Positions 47,739 to 57,811 of a stretch of 64,000 nt of DNA are shown here, in pieces. The position numbers and the translations under genes are program-made. The stretch covers positions 13,892 through 77,891 of the forward strand of contig SVKL01000008.1 of NCBI GenBank assembly GCA_015068495.1, in the 5' to 3' direction. Every line of letters starts with the position of its first letter. Positions within the stretch are counted from its first letter, which is position 1. A model generated the notes under the pieces. The model saw nothing but the letters and a program-made list of their open reading frames with translations, was not told the DNA's origin and did not search any database. The DNA is from Oscillospiraceae bacterium. Lineage in GTDB: Bacteria > Bacillota > Clostridia > Oscillospirales > Oscillospiraceae.

Positions 47739-49163
47739 ATGGGAGGATTTTTTGGAGTTACATCCAAGGTCGATTGTATGATGGATGTATTTTTCGGTGT
47801 GGATTACCATTCTCATTTGGGTACTCGCCGCGGCGGTATGGCTGCGTGGGACCCGGAGATTGGTTTGCAGCGGAAGATTCACAGTATTGAAAATTCCCCG
47901 TTTCGCACCAAATTTGAGCATATTTTTGATGAGATGCAAGGCACCTCTGTTATCGGCTGCATCAGCGATACAGACCCCCAACCTATGCTGATTCGTTCCC
48001 ATTTGGGAACCTACGCCATTTCCACTGTCGGCGTTATCAACAATGCTGACGAGCTGATTCAGCAGGTGATGGACAACCACGGCGGTTACTTTGACGCAAT
48101 GACCGGTGGCAGAGTCAATTCCACTGAGCTGGTTGCGGCGCTGATTAACCGGAAAGAGAACTTCGTTGCCGGTATTCAGTATGCCCAATCCGTGATTGAC
48201 GGAACAGCGAATATTTTGATTCTTACCGATAAGGGCAGTTTGATTGCCGCCCGTGACCGTCTGGGCAGAATCCCCGTGCAGATCGGCAGGGACGAAAACG
48301 GATACTGCGCCTCTTTTGAGGAATTTGCATTTACCAAGCTGGGCTATGAAAAAGTATGTGAGCTTGGCCCCAGCGAAATTGTGGAGCTGACGCCGGATTC
48401 TATGACCCAGTTGGCTGCCCCCGGAGACAAGATGAAGGTCTGCGCCTTCCTGTGGAGCTACTATGGCTATCCTACCTCTACCTACGAGGGGATTAACGTG
48501 GAATCTATGCGCTACCGTAACGGCGCGACCATTGCCGAGCGGGATATGGAAAAAGGCCGCAGTATGGACATTGACTATGTAGGCGGTGTTCCCGACTCCG
48601 GCACACCCCACGCCATTGGCTATGCCAATCGGACGGGTAAGCCCTTTGCCCGGGCATTTATTAAATACACACCTACCTGGTCCCGTTCCTTCACCCCTGC
48701 CAAGCAGGCCGACCGGAAAAAGGTGGCGAAGATGAAGCAGATTCCTGTCCACGATTTGATTAAAGGCAAAAAGCTTTTGTTTGTGGACGATTCCATTGTC
48801 CGTGGCACCCAGCTGCAGGAAACGGTGGAATTCCTTTACGAAAACGGTGCGAAGGAAGTCCATATGCGGTCTGCCTGCCCGCCGATTATGTATGGCTGTA
48901 AATATCTGAACTTTTCCCGTTCTACCTCGGATATGGATCTCATTTCCCGCCGTGTGATTATGGAGCTGGAAGGTGAGGAAGGGTTCAAGCACATAGAGGA
49001 GTATGCCGACGGCAACACAGAGCGTGGCAAAAAAATGCGCCAGACTATCTGTGAGAAGTTTAAGTTTGCATCCTTAGGCTTCCAGACGGTGGACGGCGTT
49101 GTCAAGGCAATCGGCATTGAGCCTTGCAAGCTTTGCACCTACTGCTGGAACGGTAAAGAATAA
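47739..49163 (+). CDS. purF: Amidophosphoribosyltransferase, variant lacking catalytic Cys1
   Basis: PRT domain VPDSG, FVDDSIVRGT, ACPP and C-terminal CTYC; N-terminus MGGFFG. Confidence 0.93.
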   Translation: MGGFFGVTSKVDCMMDVFFGVDYHSHLGTRRGGMAAWDPEIGLQRKIHSIENSPFRTKFEHIFDEMQGTSVIGCISDTDPQPMLIRSHLGTYAISTVGVINNADELIQQVMDNHGGYFDAMTGGRVNSTELVAALINRKENFVAGIQYAQSVIDGTANILILTDKGSLIAARDRLGRIPVQIGRDENGYCASFEEFAFTKLGYEKVCELGPSEIVELTPDSMTQLAAPGDKMKVCAFLWSYYGYPTSTYEGINVESMRYRNGATIAERDMEKGRSMDIDYVGGVPDSGTPHAIGYANRTGKPFARAFIKYTPTWSRSFTPAKQADRKKVAKMKQIPVHDLIKGKKLLFVDDSIVRGTQLQETVEFLYENGAKEVHMRSACPPIMYGCKYLNFSRSTSDMDLISRRVIMELEGEEGFKHIEEYADGNTERGKKMRQTICEKFKFASLGFQTVDGVVKAIGIEPCKLCTYCWNGKE

Positions 49164-49177
49164 ATAAGGAGAAGCGT

Positions 49178-50230
49178 ATGGAACATAAGAATTCCCAGTC
49201 TGCCAGCTATGCTGCTGCCGGTGTGGACATTACCGCCGGCTATAAGGCTGTTGAACTGATGAAGAAGCATATCAAGCGCACAAAAAATGAGGGCTGCTTG
49301 GACGATGTTGGCGGCTTTGGCGGCTGCTTTGGTCTGAACATTGCCGGTATGGAAGAGCCTGTGCTGGTCTCCGGTACAGACGGCTGCGGCACAAAAGTCA
49401 AGCTTGCTATTTTAATGGACAAGCACGATACCATCGGTATTGACGCGGTGGCAATGTGCGTTAACGATATTATCTGCTGCGGCGCAAAGCCTTTGTTTTT
49501 CCTTGATTACATTGCTTGCGGTAAGAATTATCCCGAGAAAATCGCGGCCATTGTGGGCGGCGTAGCAGAGGGCTGCGTTCAGTCCGGCGCAGCGCTCATC
49601 GGCGGTGAAACTGCCGAGCATCCCGGCTTGATGCCGCTTGAAGACTATGACCTTGCAGGCTTTGCAGTTGGTGTTGTGGACAAGAAGAAAATTATCGACA
49701 ACACCCGTATGGCAGCAGGGGATGTGGTGATTGCGCTGGCATCTACCGGTATCCATTCTAACGGTTTCTCTCTGTGCCGTAAGGTGTTTGATATTGATAA
49801 CAACCCGGCAGAGCTGTATGTTGCCCGTGAGGAGTTGGACGGTAAGAGTGTTGCAGAAGCGTTGCTCGTACCTACACGTATCTACGTAAAGTCCATCCTT
49901 GCTCTGTTGGAGCAGGTGGATGTAAAGGGTATCTCCCACATCACCGGCGGCGGCTTTTATGAGAATATTCCCCGTTCCATCCCCGATGGCTTGGGTGCAG
50001 TAATCGAAAAGAATGCTGTTAAGGTGCTGCCTATTTTCGATATGATTGCCAAGACCGGCAATATCCCTGAGCGTGATATGTTCAACACCTACAATATGGG
50101 TGTGGGTATGAGCGTCGTGGTAAAGCCTGAGGAAGTAGAGAAGGCATTGGAAATCCTTACCGCCCACGGGGAAAATGCCTATGTGATCGGTAAGATTGTA
50201 GCCTCTGACGAGAAGATTACCATTGTGTGA
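49178..50230 (+). CDS. purM: Phosphoribosylformylglycinamidine cyclo-ligase
   Basis: YAAAGVDI, GTDGCGTK, AMCVND, GGETAEHPG, SHITGGG. Confidence 0.97.
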   Translation: MEHKNSQSASYAAAGVDITAGYKAVELMKKHIKRTKNEGCLDDVGGFGGCFGLNIAGMEEPVLVSGTDGCGTKVKLAILMDKHDTIGIDAVAMCVNDIICCGAKPLFFLDYIACGKNYPEKIAAIVGGVAEGCVQSGAALIGGETAEHPGLMPLEDYDLAGFAVGVVDKKKIIDNTRMAAGDVVIALASTGIHSNGFSLCRKVFDIDNNPAELYVAREELDGKSVAEALLVPTRIYVKSILALLEQVDVKGISHITGGGFYENIPRSIPDGLGAVIEKNAVKVLPIFDMIAKTGNIPERDMFNTYNMGVGMSVVVKPEEVEKALEILTAHGENAYVIGKIVASDEKITIV

Positions 50231-50238
50231 GGTAGGAA

Positions 50239-50835
50239 ATGGTGAAAGCGAGAATTGCTGTGCTGGTGTCCGGCGGCGGCACGAACCTGCAGGCGCTGAT
50301 TGACGCGCAAGGCAGCGGAATTATTCACAGCGGAGAAATCTGCCTTGTGATTTCCAATAATCGGGATGCCTATGCTTTGCAGCGCGCGGCAAATGCGGGA
50401 ATAGCCACCGAGGTTGTCCTGAAAAAGGAACTGGGCAGCCAAGCCGCATTTGAAGAGAAAATCAAAGAATTGCTCACCGAAAATAGGATTGACATCATTG
50501 TTCTTGCGGGCTTTATGTCCATTTTAAGTGAGGCGTTCACCTCCTGCTATCCCAAGCGGATTCTCAATGTCCACCCGTCGCTGATTCCGTCTTTTTGCGG
50601 TGAGGGCTTTTATGGTCTCCGGGTTCACGAGGCAGCGCTTAATTATGGCGTGAAGGTCACCGGCGCAACCGTTCACTTTGTTAACGAGATTCCCGACGGC
50701 GGTGAGATCATTCTCCAAAAGGCTGTGGAAATTCAGCCGGAGGACACACCTGAAACCCTGCAAAAACGGGTGATGGAACAAGCAGAATGGAAGATTTTAC
50801 CTGCCGCAGTTGAGCAGGTTTGCAGTATGCTGTGA
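50239..50835 (+). CDS. purN: Phosphoribosylglycinamide formyltransferase
   Basis: SGGGTNLQA, LAGFM, NVHPSLIP, GATVHFV..DGG. Confidence 0.96.
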   Translation: MVKARIAVLVSGGGTNLQALIDAQGSGIIHSGEICLVISNNRDAYALQRAANAGIATEVVLKKELGSQAAFEEKIKELLTENRIDIIVLAGFMSILSEAFTSCYPKRILNVHPSLIPSFCGEGFYGLRVHEAALNYGVKVTGATVHFVNEIPDGGEIILQKAVEIQPEDTPETLQKRVMEQAEWKILPAAVEQVCSML

Positions 50836-50851
50836 GAAAGGAATTTGCAAT

Positions 50852-51565
50852 ATGAATGTTTATGAAGTTGGCTCTCTTGCTGAGAAGCTGTCTACCAATG
50901 TGTATCCCGGCCGTGGCATTGTGTTAGGTGTAACTCCCGACGGCACTAAGTCTGTTGCTGCTTATTTCATTATGGGCCGCAGCGTCAATAGTCGCAACCG
51001 TGTGTTTGTACAGGAGCCGGACGGTATCCGCACCGAAGCTCATGATCCCAGCCTGATGAAAGACCCTCATCTGATTATTTACCATCCTGTCCGTGAAGCA
51101 GGCTGTGGTTTGATTGTTACCAACGGTGACCAGACCGATACCATTTGGGAATACCTTGCCAAGGGCGAAAGCTGGGAAGCTGCTCTGCGTACCCGTTGTT
51201 TCGAAGATGACGGCCCTAACTGGACACCTCGTATTTCCGGCTTGCTGGCAGGTGACGGAAGCTACAAGATGTCCATTTTGAAGTCTGCTGATGCAGAGGG
51301 CACAGCCTGCGCAAGATTTTTCTATGAGTATCCTGCAATCGCCGGACTGGGTCACTTTATCCACACCTATGTGTGCGATGGTAACCCCGTAATCCCCACA
51401 TTCCAAGGGGAGCCGGAGCGTGTGGCTATGGATAACGATATGGATGCCTTTGCGGAAATGCTGTGGAACAACTTGAATGAAGACAATAAAATCTCCCTGT
51501 TCGTCCGTTACACTGATTTGAAGACCGGCAGCTACGAGCAGAAGATTTACAACAAACATAACTAA
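50852..51565 (+). CDS. purO: Stand-alone IMP cyclohydrolase, PurO-like (Ntn fold)
   Basis: YPGRGI, YFIMGRS.NSRNR, LIIY, VTNGDQTD, FEDD.PNWTPRISG; ATG 50852. Confidence 0.85.
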   Translation: MNVYEVGSLAEKLSTNVYPGRGIVLGVTPDGTKSVAAYFIMGRSVNSRNRVFVQEPDGIRTEAHDPSLMKDPHLIIYHPVREAGCGLIVTNGDQTDTIWEYLAKGESWEAALRTRCFEDDGPNWTPRISGLLAGDGSYKMSILKSADAEGTACARFFYEYPAIAGLGHFIHTYVCDGNPVIPTFQGEPERVAMDNDMDAFAEMLWNNLNEDNKISLFVRYTDLKTGSYEQKIYNKHN

Positions 51566-51577
51566 GGAGTAGGGAAG

Positions 51578-52762
51578 ATGAAAGAGTTTGAACTGAAATA
51601 CGGCTGTAACCCCAATCAAAAGCCTGCAAAGATTTATATGCACGACGGCACCGACCTGCCCATCCAGATTCTCAACGGCCGCCCCGGCTTTATTAATTTC
51701 CTGGATGCCTTCAACTCTTGGCAGCTGGTGAAGGAGCTGAAGGAAGCTACCGGTATGTGCGCTGTTACCTCTTTTAAGCACGTTTCTCCTACTTCTGCCG
51801 CTGTTGGCAAGAAGCTGCCTATAGAGCTGAAAAAGGCTTGCTTTGTGGAAGATATCGAAGGCTTGGATGAGAATCCTTTGGCTTGCGCATATGCCCGTGC
51901 CCGTGGTGCAGACCGTCTGTGCTCCTTTGGCGACTGGGTGGCACTGAGTGACACCTGCGACGCGCTGACAGCCAAGCTCATTGCCCGCGAGGTATCCGAC
52001 GGCGTGATTGCTCCCGGCTACACCGATGAGGCGCTGGAGATTCTGAAGACCAAACGTGGCGGCAACTATAACGTAGTTGCTATTGACCCCAACTTCGTTC
52101 CTGCTGAACAGGAAACCAAGCAGGTGTTCGGTATTACTTTCCAGCAGGGCCGCAACAACTTCAAAATTGACAATGCACTTTTGGAGAACATTGTTACTGA
52201 TAATAAGAACTTTACCGAGGACGCAAAGACTGACTTGATCATCTCCCTGATTACCCTGAAGTACACACAGTCTAATTCCGTCTGCTTTGCTTATGACGGA
52301 CAGGCTATCGGTGTTGGTGCCGGTCAGCAGTCCCGTGTGCACTGCGTAAGACTTGCAGGCGGTAAGGCTGACACTTGGTTCCTCCGCCAGCACCCCAAGA
52401 CCTTGAATCTTCCTTTCCGCGAGGACTTGGGCCGTCCCGGCCGTGACAATGCCATCGACGGCTATATCAACGGCAACGAGGAGGATGTCTGCGCTGAGGG
52501 TATCTGGCAGAACTACTTTACCACCCGTCCCGAGCCTCTGACCGAGGCTGAAAAGCGTGCATTCTTGGATGCGCAGACCGGTGTTGCGCTGGGTTCTGAC
52601 GCTTTCTTCCCGTTCCCGGACAGTATTAAGCGTGCTAAAGCCTCCGGTGTTTCCTACGTCGCTGAGCCCGGCGGCTCTATCCGTGATGACCTTGTGATTG
52701 CTGAGTGCAATAAGAATAATATGGTTATGGCATTCACCGGAATGCGTCTGTTCCACCACTAA
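51578..52762 (+). CDS. purH: AICAR transformylase lacking the IMP cyclohydrolase domain
   Basis: LKYGCNPNQ, FKHVSP, KYTQSNSV, GAGQQSRVHC, SDAFFPF, GMRLFHH; no MGS-like N-terminal domain. Confidence 0.92.
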   Translation: MKEFELKYGCNPNQKPAKIYMHDGTDLPIQILNGRPGFINFLDAFNSWQLVKELKEATGMCAVTSFKHVSPTSAAVGKKLPIELKKACFVEDIEGLDENPLACAYARARGADRLCSFGDWVALSDTCDALTAKLIAREVSDGVIAPGYTDEALEILKTKRGGNYNVVAIDPNFVPAEQETKQVFGITFQQGRNNFKIDNALLENIVTDNKNFTEDAKTDLIISLITLKYTQSNSVCFAYDGQAIGVGAGQQSRVHCVRLAGGKADTWFLRQHPKTLNLPFREDLGRPGRDNAIDGYINGNEEDVCAEGIWQNYFTTRPEPLTEAEKRAFLDAQTGVALGSDAFFPFPDSIKRAKASGVSYVAEPGGSIRDDLVIAECNKNNMVMAFTGMRLFHH

Positions 52763-52837
52763 AATACCTTTGCCACACCGTCTTTTGCGGTGTGGCAATC
52801 GGTCTGTTTTACGAATCTGACATTTTGGAGAGTATCT

Positions 52838-54106
52838 ATGAAAATATTGGTTGTTGGCGGTGGCGGAAGAGAACATGCCATCATTAAAAAACTGAAAGAG
52901 AATAAGACAGTTACAGAAATTTTTGCAACCCCCGGCAATGGCGGTATTGCCAAGGATGCTACCTGTGTAGACATCGGCGCAAAGGAGATTGATAAAATTG
53001 TTGCCTTTGCAGTTGAGAATGCCATTGACTATGCGGTGGTTGCTCCCGATGACCCTCTGGTGCTGGGTTGCGTAGACGCATTGGAGGAGAAGGGGATTCC
53101 TTGCTTTGGACCTCGCGCCAATGCTGCCATTATTGAAGGCAGTAAGGTTTTTTCCAAAAACCTGATGAAAAAATATAATATTCCCACTGCAGCGTATGAA
53201 GTGTTCACCGATATGGATGCGGCAATTTCCTATTTGGAAACTGCTCCAATTCCTACGGTCATCAAGGCTGACGGACTTGCATTGGGCAAGGGCGTTATTA
53301 TTGCGGAAACCCGTGAGGATGCCAAGGCTGCTGTGAAATCTATGATGTCCGATAAGGTCTTCGGCAAAAGCGGTGACCAGATTGTCATTGAGGAATTCCT
53401 CACCGGTCCTGAGGTGTCTGTGCTTGCCTTTACCGACGGCAAGACAGTGAAGCCTATGATTTCCTCTATGGACCATAAGCGGGCAGGGGATAACGATACA
53501 GGCCTCAACACCGGCGGCATGGGCACGGTTGCTCCCAACCCCTACTACACTGCCGATATTGCTAAGGTGTGTATGGAAACCATTTTCCTGCCTACCATCG
53601 CCGCAATGAATGCCGAGGGCCGTACCTTTAAGGGCTGCTTGTACTTTGGCTTGATGCTCACCCCCAACGGCCCTAAGGTTATTGAGTACAACTGCCGTTT
53701 CGGCGACCCGGAGACGCAGGTGGTGCTGCCGCTGCTGGAAAGTGATCTGCTCACCGTTATGCAGGCAACCACCAACGGCACCTTGGCAGAAACCGAGGTT
53801 AAATTTGCCGACAAGAACGCCTGCTGCGTGATTATGGCGTCCAAGGGTTATCCCACCGCCTACGAAAAGGGCTTTGAGATGACCGTTCCGGAGGCAATTT
53901 GGAATAATGTCTATGTGGCAGGCGCTGCATTAAAGGACGGAAAGCTTCTGACAAACGGCGGCCGTGTCCTTGGCGCAACTGCTGTTGCTGACACCTTAGA
54001 GAACGCCATTAACGAGGCTTATAAAATGGTAGAAACCATTCATTTTGACAATGCTTATTATCGTCACGATATTGGCGCGAAGGCTATGAAAGCCGGGAGG
54101 AATTAA
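52838..54106 (+). CDS. purD: Phosphoribosylamine--glycine ligase
   Basis: VVGGGGREHA, KADGLALGKGV, EYNCRFGDPE, TNGGRVL; ATG 52838. Confidence 0.97.
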   Translation: MKILVVGGGGREHAIIKKLKENKTVTEIFATPGNGGIAKDATCVDIGAKEIDKIVAFAVENAIDYAVVAPDDPLVLGCVDALEEKGIPCFGPRANAAIIEGSKVFSKNLMKKYNIPTAAYEVFTDMDAAISYLETAPIPTVIKADGLALGKGVIIAETREDAKAAVKSMMSDKVFGKSGDQIVIEEFLTGPEVSVLAFTDGKTVKPMISSMDHKRAGDNDTGLNTGGMGTVAPNPYYTADIAKVCMETIFLPTIAAMNAEGRTFKGCLYFGLMLTPNGPKVIEYNCRFGDPETQVVLPLLESDLLTVMQATTNGTLAETEVKFADKNACCVIMASKGYPTAYEKGFEMTVPEAIWNNVYVAGAALKDGKLLTNGGRVLGATAVADTLENAINEAYKMVETIHFDNAYYRHDIGAKAMKAGRN

Positions 54107-54108
54107 CA

Positions 54109-57100
54109 TTGGTTTATAGAGTATATGTAGAGAAAAAAGAAGCGCTTGCAAACGAAGCAAAGGCTCTTTTGAACGATGCCCGCAACCTGCTGGGGATTAA
54201 GGCGCTGGAGAATGTTCGCCTGCTGAACCGCTATGATGCAGAAAATATTACAAAAGAGCTGTTCGATTATGCAATCGATACCGTGTTTTCTGAGCCCCAG
54301 CTGGACATTGCCACAGCTGAATATGAGTTAGCAGGCGCTACGGTGTTTGCCGTTGAGCCGCTGCCCGGTCAGTTTGACCAGCGAGCCGACTCCGCTGCTC
54401 AGTGTATTCAGATTATTTCTCAAGGTGAGCGTCCGCTGATTCGCTCCGCTAAGGTGTACGGTCTGTACGGCAAGCTGACAGAGGAAGAAATCACCGCGAT
54501 TAAAAAACACGTGATTAACCCTGTGGAATGCCGTGAAGCAGAGCTGACCCTGCCCGAAACGTTGAAAGCAGATTACGCTATCCCGCAGTCCGTTGCTACC
54601 GTTGACGGCTTCATCGGATTAGACGAAAAGGGCCTTTCTGATTTGCTGGACAAGCTGGGTCTTGCGATGGATCTGGACGATTTGAAGTTCCTGCAGAACT
54701 ACTTCCGTGACGAAGAAAAGCGCGACCCTACGATTACCGAAATCCGTGTTGTGGATACCTACTGGTCTGACCACTGCCGTCACACTACCTTCTCCACCAT
54801 CATTGACGATGTAAAAATTTCCGATCCCGCAGTGGCTGCTGCCTACAAGCGTTATTTGGATGCCCGTGTGGAAGTCTATGGAGAAGAGAAGGCTGCAAAG
54901 CGTCCTCAGACACTGATGGATATTGCCACTATCGGCGCAAAGACTTTGAAGAAGCGTGGATTGCTGCCCGAGCTGGACGAGAGCGAGGAAATCAACGCCT
55001 GCTCTATCCACGTTACTGCAAAGGTAAATGGCGAAGATCAGGACTGGCTGCTGATGTTCAAGAACGAGACCCACAACCATCCCACCGAGATTGAGCCTTT
55101 TGGCGGCGCAGCCACCTGTATCGGCGGCTGTATCCGTGACCCTTTGTCCGGCCGTGCATACGTCCATCAAGCAATGCGTGTTACCGGCGCAGCTGATCCC
55201 CGCAAGCCTCTGAATGAGACCATTCCCGGCAAGCTGCCCCAGCGTAAGCTGTGTCAGACTGCCGCAGCCGGCTATTCCTCATACGGCAACCAAATCGGTC
55301 TTGCTACCGGTCACGTTGCAGAAATCTATCACGATGGCTACGCCGCAAAGCGCTTGGAGTGTGGCGCAGTTGTTGGCGCAGCGCCTGCCTACAACGTACG
55401 CCGTGAGCGTCCCGCAGCCGGCGATGTGGTTGTGCTGCTGGGTGGCCGTACCGGCCGTGACGGTATCGGCGGCGCTACCGGTTCTTCCAAGAGTCACAAT
55501 ATGAAATCCCTGACCACAATGGCTTCCGAAGTCCAAAAGGGTAATGCTCCCGAGGAACGGAAGATTCAGCGCTTGTTCCGGGATAGCGCTGTTACCCGTT
55601 TGATTAAGCGCTGCAACGACTTTGGCGCAGGCGGTGTGTCTGTTGCTATCGGTGAGTTGGCTGCCGGTCTGCAGATTGACTTGGATGCTGTTCGCAAGAA
55701 GTATGATGGCTTGGACGGTACCGAAATCGCTATCTCCGAATCTCAGGAGCGTATGGCAGTTGTGGTTGCAGCTGAGGATGCGGATACCTTTATCGCAGCA
55801 GCCCAGAAAGAAAATCTGGAAGCTTATCGTGTGGCTGTGGTCACCGAAGAAGAAAGAATGGTGATGGTCTGGAAGGGTCAGACAGTTGCAAATCTGTCCC
55901 GCGCATTTTTGGACACCAACGGCGCCAGCAAGCATACCAAGGTTGACGTTACCGAAAAGGACCTGTCCGTGCTGAGCAACGCCCTGTACGGCAGCCTGCG
56001 TGAGATGGCAGGGGATTTGAAGACTGCCAGCCGCAGAGGCCTTGTGGAGCGTTTTGACGGTAGTATCGGCGCAGGCTCTGTGCTGATGCCCTTTGGCGGC
56101 AAAACACAGACCACTCCCGCCCAAGCAATGGCAGCTGTGCTGCCCGTCCTGCCCGGTCAGGAAACCAGTCAGGGCAGTGTAATGGCTTGGGGTCTAGATC
56201 CCGATATGATGAGCGTGGATCCTTACACCGGCTCCCGCGCCGCCATCTATACTTCTATGGCAAAGCTGGTTGCAGCCGGCGCTGACTATAAGAAAGCTTA
56301 CCTGACCCTACAGGAGTTCTTTGAAAAGCTGAAAGCTGAGCCTGCCCGCTGGGGCAAGCCCTTTGCAGCGCTCCTTGGCGCACTGGATGCCCAGCTGGAG
56401 CTGGGTGCTGCTGCCATCGGCGGTAAGGATTCTATGTCCGGTTCCTTTATGGATATGGACGTGCCGCCCACGCTGATTTCTTTTGCAATCGCTCCCATTG
56501 ATAAGGAGCAGGTGCTCACTCCCGAATTTAAGACCGCCGGCAATCCGGTTTACCTCTTCGGACCTACCGATGAGACCGCTGAGAGCCAAAAGCAGGCTTG
56601 GGAATACTTCCACCAGCTGCACCTTGCCGGTAAAGTCAACGCCGGCTGGGCGGTGGAGAATGGCTTGGGCGAAGCGGTGATGAAGATGTCCTTCGGTAAC
56701 CGCATCGGTTTTGCCTCCTGCGGCGCTGTGGGCGAGGAATGGCACAAGAACCTCTACGGCTTTATTGTGGCTGAGCTGACCGAAGATGTTGACCTGCCCG
56801 GCGTGCTGAAGATTGGCGAAACCACTGCCGAAGCAGCAATTGTTTTGGACGGTGACAGCGCATCTATCGACGAGCTGCTTGCCATCAATGAAGGCATTTT
56901 GGAGGATGTATATACCACTGTTGTTCCTGAGGATAAGGGTCAGATTCCTGCCTTTAACTACACCGGCACGGTTGCGAAGGCACCTGCTGTAAAGTGTGCA
57001 AAGCCCAAGGTGCTGATCCCTGTATTCCCCGGTACCAACTGTGAGTTTGACTCCGCCCGTGCGGTTATTGCAGCAGGCGCTGACGCAGAAATCGCCGTAA

Positions 57101-57801
57101 TTCGCAACCTGACCGCTGATGATGTTGCCAAGAGCGTGGAAAGCGTAGCTGCGAAGATTGCAGACAGCCAGATGATTTTCATTCCCGGCGGTTTCTCCGG
57201 CGGTGACGAGCCGGACGGCTCTGCCAAGTTCATTACCGCCTTCTTCCGCAACCCTGCCATCAAGGAGCAGGTGACAAAGCTGCTGGAAGAGCGGGACGGC
57301 TTGATGTGCGGCATCTGTAACGGCTTCCAAGCGCTGATTAAGCTGGGCTTGGTGCCTTACGGCAAGATTATTGATACCGACGAGAATTGCCCCACCTTGA
57401 CCTTCAATACCATTTCCCGTCACCAGTCCAAAATTGTCCGTACCCGTATCGCATCCAACAAGTCGCCTTGGCTGAGGCTGATGAATGTGGGTGACGTTGT
57501 GAATGTTCCCATTTCCCACGGCGAGGGTCGCTTCTATGCATCTGAGGAATTGGCAATGAAATTGGCTGAAAACGGTCAGATTGCCACCCAGTATGTGGAC
57601 TTGGACGGCAATCCCACTATGGATACCGCTTTCAACCCCAACGGCTCTCTGTTTGCTATCGAGGGTATTACCTCTCCCGACGGCAGAGTCATCGGTAAGA
57701 TGGGTCACAGCGAGCGTATCGGCGCAGGCCTTTACAAGAACGTACCTGGTAACTACGATATCCGTATGTTTGAAGCCGCAGTTAAATATTTTAAGGGCTA
57801 A
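54109..57801 (+). CDS. purL: Fused large FGAM synthase (PurS-PurL-PurQ)
   Basis: WSDHCRH, KNETHNHPTEIEPFGGAAT, DFGAGG, ISESQERM; GATase FPGTNCE, GICNGFQ, GHSER. TTG start. Confidence 0.97.
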   Translation: MVYRVYVEKKEALANEAKALLNDARNLLGIKALENVRLLNRYDAENITKELFDYAIDTVFSEPQLDIATAEYELAGATVFAVEPLPGQFDQRADSAAQCIQIISQGERPLIRSAKVYGLYGKLTEEEITAIKKHVINPVECREAELTLPETLKADYAIPQSVATVDGFIGLDEKGLSDLLDKLGLAMDLDDLKFLQNYFRDEEKRDPTITEIRVVDTYWSDHCRHTTFSTIIDDVKISDPAVAAAYKRYLDARVEVYGEEKAAKRPQTLMDIATIGAKTLKKRGLLPELDESEEINACSIHVTAKVNGEDQDWLLMFKNETHNHPTEIEPFGGAATCIGGCIRDPLSGRAYVHQAMRVTGAADPRKPLNETIPGKLPQRKLCQTAAAGYSSYGNQIGLATGHVAEIYHDGYAAKRLECGAVVGAAPAYNVRRERPAAGDVVVLLGGRTGRDGIGGATGSSKSHNMKSLTTMASEVQKGNAPEERKIQRLFRDSAVTRLIKRCNDFGAGGVSVAIGELAAGLQIDLDAVRKKYDGLDGTEIAISESQERMAVVVAAEDADTFIAAAQKENLEAYRVAVVTEEERMVMVWKGQTVANLSRAFLDTNGASKHTKVDVTEKDLSVLSNALYGSLREMAGDLKTASRRGLVERFDGSIGAGSVLMPFGGKTQTTPAQAMAAVLPVLPGQETSQGSVMAWGLDPDMMSVDPYTGSRAAIYTSMAKLVAAGADYKKAYLTLQEFFEKLKAEPARWGKPFAALLGALDAQLELGAAAIGGKDSMSGSFMDMDVPPTLISFAIAPIDKEQVLTPEFKTAGNPVYLFGPTDETAESQKQAWEYFHQLHLAGKVNAGWAVENGLGEAVMKMSFGNRIGFASCGAVGEEWHKNLYGFIVAELTEDVDLPGVLKIGETTAEAAIVLDGDSASIDELLAINEGILEDVYTTVVPEDKGQIPAFNYTGTVAKAPAVKCAKPKVLIPVFPGTNCEFDSARAVIAAGADAEIAVIRNLTADDVAKSVESVAAKIADSQMIFIPGGFSGGDEPDGSAKFITAFFRNPAIKEQVTKLLEERDGLMCGICNGFQALIKLGLVPYGKIIDTDENCPTLTFNTISRHQSKIVRTRIASNKSPWLRLMNVGDVVNVPISHGEGRFYASEELAMKLAENGQIATQYVDLDGNPTMDTAFNPNGSLFAIEGITSPDGRVIGKMGHSERIGAGLYKNVPGNYDIRMFEAAVKYFKG

Positions 57802-57811
57802 TCGGCTTAAT

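Noticed and set aside
50924-53476. 850-aa antisense ORF across purO-purH-purD
   Set aside because: The three sense genes share one frame and the ORF is in register, so it only reflects rare TTA/CTA/TCA codons. It has no recognisable motifs.
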